A stretch of DNA of 64,000 nt from Camelus ferus (taxonomy: Eukaryota): positions 65,350,001 to 65,414,000 of the forward strand of contig NC_045697.1 in assembly GCF_009834535.1 (NCBI RefSeq), read 5' to 3'. A program made the translations under genes and the position numbers. Position 1 is the stretch's first letter, and the number at the start of each line of letters is the position of its first letter. Positions 53,006 through 64,000 of the stretch are shown one piece after another. Below the pieces are notes generated by a model. The model searched no databases. It was not told the DNA's origin and saw only the letters and a program-made list of their open reading frames with translations.

Positions 53006-54720
53006 ACCCTGAATTAGATAGTAATTCTAATTTCCAAAAATTAGATGTAAAAGGTAACAAGCAATAGGCATGTAATTCTGTGGTAACTAAGATAAACTTC
53101 TGATAGGTTTTCAACACTAATAAAAACAATTTGAATTTTCAGATGATTTAGAGATGTTAAGACTGAAAAGCACGTAAAATATTAATGTCTGTTATTTGCT
53201 CCTCTGACTCTTTTCAAAGAGCATGTTTCTTTTATTAATGTGACAGATGCGTGGATTTTGTCCATTCTCTCCTTTATTAAGATGGGCTGTAAATTTTCTT
53301 TGTTATAAATAGGACGGAGCACCATCTGACATCATAGTGACAGGGGCTTTCAAAAGATGCTTGTAAATTTCTTTACTTTAGTAATTAGCAACTAGTAACT
53401 TTACATGCTTGGAGGAGAATAAGAATAAGACATGTTTTACAACATATGTAGTTTTTTTTTTTTTTTTTCCTATTGTGTATATTTCTAGAGGAACAGCTAT
53501 GGTCCTTCTCCCTATATCTTTGGGACAAAAATATAAGGAGCAGGAGTCTGGTCTTCCCCACAGTGCTTAACCCTGCATCTTGCAGTCTGTTCATGCTCTG
53601 GAAGCATGTTTTCACTCACCAGGCACTGACTGAGGATGTCGTGTGTGCTTAGTGTGGTGCTTGACACTGTGGACAACTCAAAAGCTGAGGGAAAAAATTA
53701 AAATAAATTAATGAAAGATGATATGGGCTATGAACAGACCTAAGAAATAATGAGTCACAGAAGGTGAACCACTACTTCTATTGCTGCTGAAAAGAGCAGC
53801 TATTCTCTGAGGCCCTTATTTTCCCATGTAGACCTCTGAAGTCACAACGAAGTTGGGGACAGTTTTTGAACTCAGATACATTTGTGCCAGCAACTAAGTG
53901 AATTTTGATGTTCAAGCAGAAAATGCCACAATCACTCTAGCCTTACCACCAAATGAAACTTTGTCAGATCTTTAACGACTTAAGTTACAAATTTTTAAAA
54001 TCATGGTCTTTATGTTAAAATATTTTTGTCCTCTCTGAAATTCAAAACTGCCACATTTTTCAGAAAGAGGCCATTACTGAAATATAAAGTTTCTCCTGCA
54101 AGTTCACAAGTGCCTTCCCTGCTTCCTTTCTTTCTAGATATAGGTCCCCTGAGCTACATTGAAAAGCGTAATCTTCTCTGTTAGAACCATATAAATACAG
54201 TGAACCCCAGTAAAAACAGACGGTCGGTGTGATCATTTTTAACAGCTCTGGAGATGTCCATATGCTATTCAGCAATGTGGCATCTGCATGGTCCTTTTAG
54301 TTGTGGAGTGTACTTTAAACACAAGCAATTTTTAAGCAACAAGGTGTCAAACTGTTCATCCATGTAAAGTAAATCAGTGCTTCTGTACTCCTCAGTACAA
54401 TCAGTGAAAACCCTTAGAGTGCTCTTCACCATCTATCCTCCCCAGGTGCGTACCATGTTCTTCTAATACAGCTACTTTATTGGGCCTCCAAGTCCAAAAA
54501 TTGTGTGAGGTAAAATATTCACTCAGTTAACATTGGAGTCGCTCAGTCGCTGCTGTACTGGCATTTCTCAACAATGAAGCGTGGGAGCGTGCTTCTGGCT
54601 ATGGACCCTACGTCCTCCTCTCATACAGCTATGCACTGCCAAGTCTAATTGAGGCACATTCTGCACACATAAGTAAAAGTAAACTTTATAGAATAAGAGA
54701 TGTTTAGTAACGTTAATTCT

Positions 54721-55225
54721 TTTTTATTGAAGTATAGTCAATTTACAATGCTATGTTAGTCTCTGGTACACAGCATAGTGATTGTTATACACACAAGAAT
54801 ATGTATATATTCTTTTTCATGTTCTTTTTCTTCATTGGTTACTACAAGGTATTGAATATAGTTTCCTGTGCTATACAGTAGAAACTTGTTTTTTATTTTA
54901 TATATGGTAGTTAGTATCTGCAAATCCAAAACTTCCAATTTATCCCTCCCTCTTCTCCCCACCTGGTAAACATAAGTTTGTTTTCTATCTGTGAGTCAGT
55001 TTCTATTTTGTAAATAAGTTCGTTTGTGTCTTTTTTTAAGATTTCACATATGAGTGATATCATATGGTATTTTTCTTTCTCTTTCTGGCTTACTTCACTT
55101 AGTATGATAATCTCCATGTACATCTATGTTGCTACAAATGGCATTATCTTATTCTTTTTATGACTGAGTAGTATTCCATTGTATACATGTACCACAATTT
55201 CTTTATCCAATCATTTGTCAGTGGA
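54721..55225 (-). mobile_element. L1 3' end (~500 bp) with TSD
   Basis: Minus ORF MEIIILSEVSQKEKEKYHMISLIC is the L1 ORF2 C-terminus. GTTAATTCT at 54712-20 and 55248-56. Confidence 0.92.
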
Positions 55226-56252
55226 ATTTAAATTACCTCCCAATTAAGTTAATTCTGACACACGTAGAATATCTCCAGATTCTTTTGTCTTGAATCTCTA
55301 ACTAAAACCATGTGTTATATTATTATTCTAAGCCCTGTCTCCTTTCTTTTTTAAAATACCCTTCCATTCTGAACCTTTAACTTCAAGCAGATTAAAAACA
55401 GGTGGAAGAGGTAATAATTACATCTTGACAGATACTTTATTGAAAAATTTAGCATGCAAAATAATCTTCACTGAAGTAATTTGGGGGGCAATCAATCCAA
55501 TAAGTCAACATTGCAAAAGTAAGATAGAAAATGGCTGAGCCTGATAAAGATTTTGTGGCTGTCCTATTCAGTGTTCTTATATTTGTTCACATTGTTTAGG
55601 GATCCACCAGTCATAAGCAGAAGTACATTCATTCATTCATTTACTCATGAAGTATTTATTGAATACCTACTATGTGCCAGGCACTGTATTAGACCCCCTA
55701 CAATATGGCTGTGAACAAAACAAAGATGCTTGAAATTAAGAAACTTATAATCTAGTGGTAGGAGACAGAAACTAAATAAACATGTAAAAGATATTGTACA
55801 TCAAATAATGATCAATGCTGTAGAGGGAAATAAAGCAGAGACAATGGATAGAACATAGGTAAAGGGAAGGAGATAGAGATTTTGATTAAAATGAACATGA
55901 ATGGTATTGCTAATGAAGTGGTATTTGAGCAGATGACTGATGCAGACAGTGGAACAAGCTATATGGACACAGGGCAAAAGCAAATAGAGCGAAAGGATGA
56001 ACAAATTTAAAAAATTGGGACAGAAGCTTTCTCTTTGTTCAAGGAAAAGGAAAAGACTGGTGTGGTTGGATCCAAAGGAAGGAGAAAAATAGTAGCAGGA
56101 GTTGAGGTCAGAGTTTGTATTAAGCCTGATAAGCCGTTGAAAGAACTTTGGCTTTTACTCTGAATCATAAGCTACCAGAGGTTGTGGAATGGAAGTGATG
56201 TGTTGTGATTCATATTTTAGAATGTTTAGATTGCTTGCTAGTCTGTTGTGAA

Positions 56253-56292
<40 letters not shown>

Positions 56293-56864
56293 ATGATAAC
56301 AAGGGCAGAGGAAGAAAGACCATTTAGGAGCTTAATGCAGTAATAAAAGCAACAGATTATGGTATTTTGGAGCAAGGCAGGAGAAAGTGGTCCTGTTTGG
56401 GATAAATTTCAAAGGTTGAGTCTCTCTTTCCTAATGGAGAAGTTAAGTATGATTTCAAGGCTCTGGCCTAAGCAACAGGAAAGACTGATGCTGTTTACTG
56501 AGATGGGAAGATTACAGGAGGGGTAAGTTTTGTGGAGAAGGTGAGAAATTCAGACCTAGACAAGTTATGTTAAAAATGCCTGTTAGAAACCTGAGGAAGA
56601 GATGAAAGTAACCGGGCGTTTAAGACTAGAGTTTCTGGAAGAGGTCCAGGCTATAGATTAAAAATAAATGCATGGAATCAGCACATAGATCATATTTAAA
56701 ATCATTTACTGAGTGAGTGAAATAGAGAAAAGAGGTCCAAGTACTGACACCTGGGATTTCCAACATTAAGCAGTAAGAAATATGAGCAGGAAAGAGGAAA
56801 GGAGACTAAAAGAAGCAGCTGGTGAAATAGTGAAACCAAGACAGTGTGGTATCTTGAAGCCAAC

Positions 56865-57500
56865 TGTATCAATCAGAGTTGAAACCAAGAAACAGAACCA
56901 GGAGGAGATATATATTATGATATTTATTGCAAGGAATTGAGTTACATGGTTGTGGGGGCTGGCTTGGCAGGTCTGAAATTTGCAGGGCAGGCTGTCAGGA
57001 AGGGCAGGCAGGAGCTGAAGATGCTGTCCACGCTGGAATTATTTCTCCTCTTTCTCCCTGTCCTCTTCCCTGCGGCCTGCCCCGCTTGTCCTCATCCTCA
57101 TCCTCCACCTCGTCCTCAATTTTCCTCCTCCTTTCTTTTCTTGTTTAGAAAAGCCTGGGTTCTATCGCTTTGCTGTACACCTGAAACTAACAGTGTAAAT
57201 CAACTACACTTCAGTAAAAAATGTTTTAAAAACTCAAAAAAATATATATATATATATATAAAATTTCCAGAATCTCAAAAAAAAAAAAAAAAAAAGAGAG
57301 AGAGAGAAGAAAAGCCTCAGTTTTCATCTTAAGGCCTTTCAACTACTTAAATCAGGCCCACCCAGATGATCTGGATAATCTCCTCATTTCATGTCTGTTT
57401 ATTCTTGACTTTAATCATATCTTCAAGGAAACACCTAATTAGTGTTTGAATCCTTGGGAATATATCCTAGCCAAATTAAAACATCAAACTGTCCATTGCA
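56865..57500 (-). mobile_element. ERVL LTR (MLT2-like) with 5-bp TSD CCAAC
   Basis: TG...CA ends with CCAAC at 56860-64 and 57501-05. Contains TTTATTGCAAGGAATTG...GGCTGGCTTGGCAGGTCTGAAAT and CCTAGCCAAATT. Confidence 0.85.
57157..57307 (+). mobile_element. Tiny L1 3' tail inserted in the MLT2, with two A-rich tails
   Basis: CTTTGCTGTACACCTGAAACTAACA..AATCAACTACACTTCA L1 end. TSD AGAAAAGCCT at 57147-56 and 57308-17. Confidence 0.85.
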
Positions 57501-57634
57501 CCAACTATAGAATAAAAAGGAACAAGTGATCAACTGTGTCACTTGGTGTGGGGAACTTGAATGCATTGACCATTGGATTTAGCTTCTGGGAGGTCATTTG
57601 TGAATTTGACTACAGCAGATTCTTTTTTGGAATG

Positions 57635-58085
57635 GAACTGTTTCCTATGGTTGCTGTAATAAATCAACACAAACTGGGTGATTAAAAATAACAGAAATGT
57701 ATTCTTTTGGAGTCCTGGGGGCCAGAAGTTCAACACTGGTCCTGTTAGGTTGAAATAAAGGTGTCAGCAGACCGTGTCCCTCTGGATCTCTAAATTTCCC
57801 CTTCTGGTGGCTGCCAGCATTCGTTTGCTTGTAGTGACACCAGTCTCATCTCTGCCTCCATCTTTACGTTGCCTTCTTTTCTGTGTGTATCAAATCTCCC
57901 TTCTCACTCTGATTGGAAATGTGATTGGATTTAGATTCCTCCCTCCCCAGATAATCCAGTATAATCTCTTCACCTCAGGGTCCTTATTTTAATCACATCT
58001 GTAAAGACCCTTTATCCTAGTGAGCTAGTTTTCATAGGGTTCAACTGATACCTTTGGGTGGCTGTGGTTTAGCCTACTACCAAGG
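57635..58085 (-). mobile_element. MaLR LTR (MLT1C/D-like)
   Basis: GTTTCCTATGGTTGCTGTAATAAAT...ATAATCCAGTATAATCTC...TTAATCACATCTGTAAAGACCC...AGCCTACTAC. Confidence 0.85.
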
Positions 58086-60954
58086 TAAAGTCTGATTGGA
58101 ATGGTCCAGGAAAGTGACCTATTTCAGAATGTTTCTGTAAAGAGGGTCAAAGAAGTGGAGTGCTGGCTCAGGGAAGGGTAGAAATCATACCCCCAAGTCA
58201 TACTCACAGAGTTTTATTTCTTTGCACACAAACAGCCTCCAAACATACATGATTCCAGTTTTACATATTTCACTCTCTCATCATACCTGGCCATTCATCT
58301 CTCTTAATATTTTTAACTAAAGCACCCATGGTAGGTTAGTAGTATTATTGATTGCACATTGAAAAAAACTTGAAGGCACCTGATAGATAAGAGATAGCCT
58401 TCATGAGCCTAAATAGTATTTTAAAATCTTTTCAGGTTTTTTTTTTTTTTCAGTTTTGCCTTATAAGGTTAAATCTTTATTCTTGAAAGTTGCAGTTAAT
58501 ACCACTTTGAAAGCATTGCATATATTTGTCCAGTTTGGCCTGTATCTCTTATCATATCTGACTGTGATTCCTCTATATTGTATTCCAAAACTCTGAATTA
58601 CTTTACTTCTACATTTTTAAAATAGGTATACTGGAGTTGCCAATTAAAAAATAAATTCCCATATGCTTGTTTCTTTATTTGCTTTCCAAATCATTTGAAC
58701 CCTGTTCTATCTGTGGCACATAGTGTAAAAGATATCTGGAGGATAAGGGGACTAATATGAAAAGAATGTCTTACTTTTTTTTCCATAATTCACAACAAGA
58801 CCTAGGAAACTTTAATTTATTCTGAATGTCCATTTCTATTATTTATTGACTGTCTGGTATATAGCATGTGAACAGTAATTAATACATAAGTAAATACTTA
58901 ATAAATATTGATGAACAAATGAGTGAATAAACAGCAAAATTATACACAAGAAACTTTATGTTATGTTTATTATTATTCTATGGCTATTAAAGGCACTTAC
59001 AAGCAACAGATTTTAACTGGTGTGTGTATACATTTAGGAATGTATGCTTTTATAGGTGAAAAAAGGAATTACTTGTATATTTCATATAGTTTAAGAACTT
59101 AAAGAGTATTTCTTTTGAGGAAAGCATTTGGCTGCACAATGTTATACTCAAAAATGGTACAATATAATAGTGAAGAAAGAATTTAGTCTCTAAAATGAGA
59201 CAGACATGTAGTATTCACTAATATTTTTATTATTGTCAGTCAGCATCATCATCACAGACAGCTGTCTTTTACTCAGATTTAATAGCACGGCTAGTCTTTT
59301 CAAACTTTTTATGACATGAATATACTTCTTCGCTTGACCGATTTTCTGCATAGAATTTATTTGAAAGGCCCTTAAAATTCCCTTATAAAATCATATACAG
59401 TGTAAATACCAAGTAAATGAATAAAATATTGTCAAACTCTATTAACATTTTTTTTGCTTTTTTTGAAACTACTGCATACCCAAGTGACACAAAGATTGCT
59501 ATTTAAGGCCTACATTTTGCCATCGAAATCCAGATTCCCATATTCAATTGCCTTCTTGCCTTCAGCTTTTGGGTACTTCAAGAGCACCGTGTTTAAGGAC
59601 ACATTTGTGATCTTCCCATTCCATCTTTGCCAAAATCTAGTCCTCTTTACTCTTCTGTTTTCACTGTGTACCACCATTGTCCGTCCAGTTGAGCAAACCA
59701 TGATGTAGCGATTGCTCTTGATAGCTCTTTCCTTGCTTCCCATACCTACCCTCTCACAAAGACCTCTAATATTCTCTCCAAATAACCCCCCTCAAATCTT
59801 ACTCCACCCATTCCTCAAATCTCAGCTCAATCATCACTTCTTGGGGAGACCCTCCCTACTGTTCCCTCTTCCCTTCCCGATACCTGTTGAGATGTTCCTG
59901 GCAAATAACTGTCTTCATTCCATGTACCTTTACTTTGCAGCAGTGACAATGGTAATTTTATATTTTTAAAAATTATTTGATTTGAGTTTATCTAAGATCC
60001 TTCAAAGAAACATGGTATCTGTTTAGCTCATCATTTTATCTTTAGAATCTAGTGTGTTTCAAAATGTCAGTTGAAACCTATTAGTGCATAGTAAAATCAG
60101 ATTAGTGAGAATCATGAAGTATTGTTTAATAAAATAAGGTAGAATAAAAAAAATTTGTCAGAGTGAATAAAATGTAGTAAACATACATATTGTATGCTGC
60201 AACTTTTTTTTCACTTTTGAGCATATCTGTGTATTCATACATTATACATTTGTGTGTGTATGTCTTGAGGTAAAATATATTTCTTATTATAGGTCTCAGC
60301 CAAAAATTATAAAGCCATGGATGTAGGGACTTGACTGATACTTAGTATGCATTCAATACATACTTGTTTAATGAATCAACTGAGTGCCTTTTCCCCCTCC
60401 TTTTATTGCTCAGTTTGGTCTTATTAGGGTATAGACTTGTGAATGAAGTTTGCAAATAAGGAGGTATACGTGTATATAGTTTTTTGAAAAAAATATTGGT
60501 AATTCATAAGATTCTCAAGCAAAAGTTTCTACCTTAATTTAATGCTAGTCCAATCAATGAATATAAATATTGTTATTAAGTAGCTAAATAGTTCAACTTT
60601 GTTATTAATAATTTTCATAATGTTGCATTAGATTTCAGTTTAATTCAATTCCCACTGTTGCCTTAATCAGTATTAATGTATTCTTTATTAGTAGTCAGAT
60701 AGAATGTTTTTTTAAAACAATACTGGCAACTTTATGCACTCATATATTCCACAAACATTAATTGGGTGCCTACTTTGTGCAAGGCATTCTGCCAGGACTT
60801 GGATACACTAAAATGAATATGATAACTTCAAGGAGCACTTACTTTTGAAAACTAATCAATTAATTCAACAAGTATCTGTTGAGTACTTTTTATGTCCAAG
60901 GAGGTATATTCAAGTCTGAATCATACAATGATGAAAAATCTAGATAGTCTGTGT

Positions 60955-61330
60955 CCCTGACCCTGAGACAAGGATTCAAGTTCAAATAATTGATTTGAGA
61001 AGTGAGCCCAGGAAACACTGACAGGAAGTGGGGAAGGAAGATAGGGAAAGGAAACACCCAGGACGGAATTAGTTTTCAAGCAAGTTACCTTTACAAATAA
61101 CTGGAATTTAATCCTGCTGGGAACTCTGGGAACTAGTGTAGAAGTCACCTCAGTTACCCTACCTGATAATTTTCAATCTGTTGTAGGCTGTTCCCAGGCA
61201 CTTTAATTCTCAGACACTCGTGTCCTGCCCTGCAGGTGGTGAAGGTCCTGATACAGATTTGCAGATATTGGCACTATTTGCATCTAAGTACCTTAGAAAG
61301 GTGAGACCTGGGGAAAGGGTGGTTATAGTT
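60955..61330 (-). mobile_element. Old ERVL LTR (LTR33-like)
   Basis: GACCCTGAGACAAGGATTCAAG...CCCAGGAAACACTG...GCTGGGAACTCTGGGA. Confidence 0.7.
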
Positions 61331-61649
61331 AAGGAATCAGCCTCAGAAGATTGAGTGTAATGAGTGTCCTGGGCCTCATGTAGTAATTCAGTTTGAATGA
61401 GTGTCTGAGTACTTCCAACTATTGTTTGAAACTGAAAAATATAAGTGTCATCTAATTGACTGATGATCTCCTTTCAGTTGTCTGTCTCCTGTATGGGAAT
61501 CAAATATCTACTCTTTAGCCTTCTCCTCCTGCAGTCTCTATTTTTAAATTATTGAATTACTCTCAAGTTATTTGATTATTTTCATTGCTCTGTATTGCAC
61601 CCTCTCTAAGAGTTCCAGATATTTATAGGAATACAAATATGAATATGAA

Positions 61650-62275
61650 CAAGTATAGCTAATGTTTATTGAGTTTCTTGTGATATGCCAGTAACTGTTA
61701 ATAGGTTTACATAAGTAACCTTACTTACTCCTTACACTTTGAAGTCCTCATAGATCCTCGTTTACAAATAAAGATTGAAGAAATTGCCTCAAATTTCAGA
61801 GCTAATAAATAATGAGATCAAGACTGAAACCCAGGTCTGTCTGATTCCAAAGACCATACTTTTCACTGATACTTCGTTAATCTCACACACAGTCAATGCT
61901 AGAAAATTCCTCATGGAATCAAACCTCACTAAAAGAAAGGATAACTGTCTACTACACATAAATTCATTTTGAAGCTAGCAAAGAAATTATAAGTTAGAAT
62001 TTAGGCAGAATATATTGTAAATTAAATAAGTTGGTTAAGAATGTGGGCAGTGCAATTAGGACCATTTTACATGGATAGGCATCCCTGCTCTACCACTTGA
62101 AGCTCTTAAGTCTGGTTAATAAGTTAGTTAACACCACTGTATCTCTTATATTTCTGCACAAGAAACGTAACGCCATCGAACTCAGAGAATTGTGGTGAGA
62201 TTACATGAGATCATGTGTGCATAGCGCTTAGAGCAGTGCCAGGTCCATAGTAAGCTTTTGATTAATGTTAGCCTG
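61650..62275. mobile_element. Two MIR SINEs (minus ~61650-61870; plus ~62030-62275)
   Basis: CCCAGGTCTGTCTGATTCCAAAG (minus), and GGTTAAGAATGTGGGC...GCGCTTAGAGCAGTGCC (plus). Confidence 0.7.
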
Positions 62276-62559
62276 AGTTAATAATCACAGTGTGACAAGA
62301 AAATATTCAGAAGCAATTAGTCATTTGCACATGCAAAATATTGTATAGTGTTATTTTAAATATTAATAGCACAATTAATAATAGCCTTATTAGCAAAAAA
62401 AAAAAAGACAACACAAAGACTTCTAACAGCCTGGTATTATAAGCACTGAATAAATATTTGTTAAATGAATAAATAAAACATTGTTTTCTTGAAGAGTTAT
62501 GTTCACCTTGTTAATTTTTGAGAAAATACCCACTAAATATGTAAGAATAACCCTTTATG

Positions 62560-63018
62560 GTTGCAAGTAGATCTTTCAAGGTAAAAATAGCATTCTATGA
62601 GAAAAGTAGCTAGTTTAGCTTGCAAGGTGCCTAAGTGCTTTTCCTCATGACAACTATCACGCTTGTAAGTAGCAGAATTGCTTTATGTATACCTAGGGTA
62701 TTAAAAGATATGTACTCAGGGTCAAGTTAAATAAAAGTAATGATATGTAATGTTTCATCAAAGCCATTTTTGATTTTTTTTTTTTTTCTTTTAAACTGGG
62801 AGCACTCAGTACTGGAGAATGTCACATCCCCAGGATGGTTGGTACCTGTCCTTGATCTGTGCTGAAGTGTATCACTTCACTCACCACTGTTTTTGCTCCA
62901 ACGGTGCAAATGTCAATACAGCAAAAAGGGCAAATAAATCCTTGGATTATTATGAAAATATCTGGGGCCTTGAAGAACTCTTAAAGAGGTTTTGGGATTG
63001 CACTTTGAGAATTGCTGG
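62560..63018. mobile_element. hAT-Charlie DNA transposon fragment (MER119/Charlie7-like)
   Basis: GTGCAAATGTCAATACAGCAAAAAGGGCAAATAA...ATTATTATGAAAATA...CACTTTGAGAATTGCTG terminus. Confidence 0.65.
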
Positions 63019-63321
63019 CCTATAAATACAAAACTTATCTAAATATAAATATGAAGCATTTCATAATAAGAAACAAATGTTATTTTTTTTAAAAGATGTT
63101 AAATGTTTAACCCAACTGACCTAACTTCCCAAACAACCTCTTTTGGATGTATCATTTATTAATTTGTCTCAACTATTTAAATACATTTTTATATGTTTCA
63201 TCTCTAATTATTTGGATGGTAGTAAGATCATACATTGTTTAACTTTCAAAATGGAAGAGTTCAGTTATTCTCTGATTTGTTCCCTTTTTAAGTTTAAACT
63301 GAGATTTGTTAGTCTTGTTTT

Positions 63322-63470
63322 GGGGGAGGGTATAGCTCAAGTGATAAGAGTGCATGCTTAGCATGCACGAGGTCCTGGGTTCAATCCCCAGTACCTCCTT
63401 TAAAAATAAATAAACCTAATTACCTCCCCTCCCCACCAAAATTAAATAATCAAATAATACAATAATTTTT
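63322..63470 (+). mobile_element. tRNA-Ala-derived SINE (Vic-1-like, camelid)
   Basis: GGGGAGGGTATAGCTCAAGTG...GCATGCTTAGCATGCACGAGGTCCTGGGTTCAATCCCCAGTACCTCC followed by AATAAATAAACCTAATTACCTCCCC and an A-rich tail. Confidence 0.85.
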
Positions 63471-64000
63471 AAAACGTTAATACAAAGAACAGCCAATTAA
63501 AAATAATTAAATAAATTTAAAATGATTGAATAGATGCTTTATACACATTGAATGTGTTTTAGAATCATAGTTACCCTTAAGAAAATTGTATGTTGATAAT
63601 GATAACATAGAATACAAATGAATGGTGGTTATCTTCTTATTGGATTTATTTTAAAACTGCAACTTCTAAATTAAAGATTCTGGGTTTTTTTTGTTTGTTT
63701 GTTTATCAAAGTACCACACAAGCTGGTTTTTATTCTTTGTTATGTAATACAATATACAGTTTGGTCAGTGCTTATAATATCACCACAATTATTTGATAAA
63801 TTTACTATGTCTCAGGTTACCTAGCTATTTATTATTGAATTAGACTGATTACAGTCAGTTCTCTTTGTTCTGATGTTATTATTGTTGTCATGAAATGTTT
63901 TCTCCTAAAAGGCACATTCACTTAGATCATCAGTTGTCAGTCAGAAGACAAAGGATGGTAAAGTGAAAATAAAATTCATTAATTCAACCAATATTTATTG

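Larger units (their letters stand above)
55625..58180 (-). mobile_element. Long L2 relic interrupted by (TG)n (~56256-56290), an MLT2 LTR and an MLT1 LTR
   Basis: Starts with CATTCATTCATT...TATTTATTGAATACCTACTATGTGCCAGGCACTG. The L2 body resumes after 57500 and 58085. Confidence 0.8.

Noticed and set aside
63322..63398. Functional tRNA-Ala(AGC) gene
   Set aside because: It has an altered 5' end and D-arm and continues into a SINE body and A-rich tail, so it is a tRNA-derived SINE.

Overview
Mammalian genomic DNA. It is AT-rich and repeat-dense, and a Vic-1-type tRNA-Ala SINE at ~63.3 kb suggests a camelid. The window lies inside the glutamate receptor delta-2 gene GRID2 (+ strand), with one 120-nt coding exon at 9819-9938 and intron elsewhere. 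The introns carry the usual L1, L2, CR1, MIR, MaLR/ERV LTR and hAT/Tigger relics. The main finding is a decayed ~2.7-kb endogenous bornavirus-like element at ~17500-20215, in mRNA sense and absent from the ORF track. It carries collinear remnants of glycoprotein (G), matrix (M) and polymerase (L) genes in the order G-M-L, which is the carbovirus/cultervirus order rather than the orthobornavirus M-G-L. It ends in AATAAA plus an A-tract and is flanked by a degenerate target-site duplication at the tail of a MIR. Its L gene appears to lack large internal blocks, including the RdRp catalytic core. Minor findings include two independent same-family solo LTRs in sense orientation, a 5S-derived relic beside a TGACAG palindrome, a short L1 tail with a possible 3' transduction, and a recent 48-bp duplication. 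All protein and repeat-family assignments are by-eye comparisons with remembered sequences; no database search was run, and repeat boundaries without a TSD are approximate.
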